The position numbers and the translations under genes were made by a program. Below, one piece after another: positions 62,524 through 64,000 of a stretch of 64,000 nucleotides of DNA (the first letter of the stretch is position 1; every line of letters starts with the position of its first letter). This stretch comes from Perkinsus chesapeaki ATCC PRA-425 (taxonomy: Eukaryota; Protista; Perkinsozoa). The notes below the pieces were generated by a model. It did no database searches, was not told the DNA's origin, and was given only the letters and a program-made list of their open reading frames with translations. Location: positions 58,054 through 122,053 of the forward strand of contig JAAPAO010000034.1 in the NCBI GenBank assembly GCA_013115145.1. Direction: 5' to 3'.

Positions 62524-63247
62524 ATGCTGATCCAAAAGCCAGCTCCAGCTTTCGACATGGTGGCGTGCATGCCTGATGATTCGTTCAAAAATGTTAAGCT
62601 CTCCGACTATAAGGTTTGGCTTTTGCTTTTGCAGAGTGATTAATTTGCCTTTGATTAGGGCAAGTACGTAGTCCTCTACTTCTACCCGGCTGACTTCACG
62701 TTTGTATGTGCTTCGGAAACTATAGGTTTTCACAATGCCTTGTCAGAGTTCACCAGCCGCAACTGTGTGGTAGGACATGAGCTGACTTGTTGTCTATCGG
62801 GTATCCTTCTTGCAGGTTCTTGGTGCCTCTTGTGATACCGAGCATGTTCACAAGGCGTGGAAGAATACAGAGAAGAAGCTCGGCGGTCTTGGAACCAAGA
62901 TCAACCACCCTATTATTGCCGATAATAATAAAGTAAGGCGACTCTAGATTGGGCTAGAGTTACACATTTCTCTTCAGAAGCTTGCTCGTGATTATGACGT
63001 GCTGCTTGAGAACGAGGGTCTGGCAGTCCGCGGTGTGTTCGTCATCGGGAAGGATGGTGTTGTTCGCGCCGAGATGAAGAACGATTTGCCTCTCGGCCGC
63101 AACGTCGAGGAGGTCGTTCGCCTGCTTGACTCGGTCATTGAGACTGACGAGCATGGTGTTGTGTGCCCCGCAAACTGGAAGAAAGGAAAAGACACCATGG
63201 TTCCTAGTACCGAAGGTGTTGCCGATTATTTGGTTAAACACACCTAA
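62524..63247 (+). CDS. Typical 2-Cys peroxiredoxin, second tandem copy with three ~45-nt introns
   Basis: Introns 62614-62658, 62770-62815, 62933-62977 (GT-AG); [23 protein letters not shown]. Confidence 0.95.
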
Positions 63248-63837
63248 GGATTAACCGTGACTTTTTCTAGGACCCTATTATTTTCATGATTAATCAACTC
63301 CAAACTGTTTACACTGCGCCTGTTTTGTTGTAAGTGAGTGTTTCTGAACAAGCATCACGCGGCGACGTAGAGAAACTTTCTCCTGCGCCTTACACGCACG
63401 ACGAGCTTGTATATCACACCGAATGATAACGAAGACGTGGATCGTTTAAAACGCAAGTGTCAAAAAGGCATCCTTTATGCGAAGAGATAAATGAGTCGAG
63501 TTAAGCAGATAGTGCTAACAGTAGTCTTCTTACGGACAATAGTGAGGAGAAGTATTTCTGCTGTAGTGTGACGCGCCTTCGGTGAATCACACTACATGAT
63601 GCGCCGTCTGCCTAGGTTAAGAGTCATGTACAGCTTAACGGTACAGAGACAGGCATGCTGTGATATTGTGTGACGATACACCAGCTCAGCTTTGCGTTGC
63701 AGGATATCAATTGAACTAGCTTCATAAGAAGCAAATCGTCATCGCTTTTGCTTGTGGTCTTTTAACTGTATCGAGCTAGACTATCTTGACATGATGTTTT
63801 CAGTTAAAAGTATTATATTTTGAGATTTTTGAAAAGT

Positions 63838-64000
63838 ATGTCATCTACAGCAAGCGTTCTTTGCCTTAAATTACACACTGATTCTGAAACACTTCGTATC
63901 AGAGTTGATCCTGAAGACCTTCAGTCCTACGACAAGTTGTGTGAGTATGTTGAGAAAGCATGGCGTGAACTTCAAGTGAGGGACTATCGTCTCTTTTACA
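63838..64000 (+). CDS. N-terminus of a probable PB1-domain protein (3'-partial)
   Basis: MSSTASVLCLKLHTDSETLRIRVDPEDLQSYDKLCEYVEKAWRELQVRDYRLFY follows the PB1 pattern K..R.....Y..L....Y. Confidence 0.5.
   Translation, partial: MSSTASVLCLKLHTDSETLRIRVDPEDLQSYDKLCEYVEKAWRELQVRDYRLFY

Noticed and set aside
61846-63241. Alternative-frame and antisense ORFs over both peroxiredoxins
   Set aside because: By-products of strong codon bias in the real genes

Overview
Eukaryotic, gene-dense and intron-rich DNA. Most introns are ~40-65 nt, intergenic gaps are often only ~100-250 bp, and genes run in long same-strand blocks. This style is most consistent with an alveolate of the Perkinsus type (inference, not a database result). 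The ORF track fragments most genes and includes many antisense artefacts, so I rebuilt exon chains by eye. Recognisable genes: coatomer beta-prime (5'-partial), a nodulin-like MFS transporter, mitochondrial monothiol glutaredoxin (CGFS), TFIIH helicase XPB, an intronless exostosin/GT47 glycosyltransferase, a cyclophilin, GMP reductase, a NOA1/YqeH GTPase, an ABCG half-transporter, a calmodulin-like protein, an FHA coiled-coil protein, a G-patch protein, two tandem 2-Cys peroxiredoxins and the start of a PB1-like gene. Also present: four helical-repeat (OPR/HPR-like) proteins, two intronless secreted orphans and a decayed LTR-retrotransposon 3' end. The most unusual signals lie in introns: minisatellites seeded at splice sites, a captured exon-intron-exon piece of the calmodulin-like gene 21 kb from its source, and a micro-intron resembling most of a tRNA-Met. 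Also notable is the intronless/three-intron peroxiredoxin pair. No CRISPR array, rRNA or intact tRNA was found. Boundaries of multi-exon hypothetical genes are approximate.
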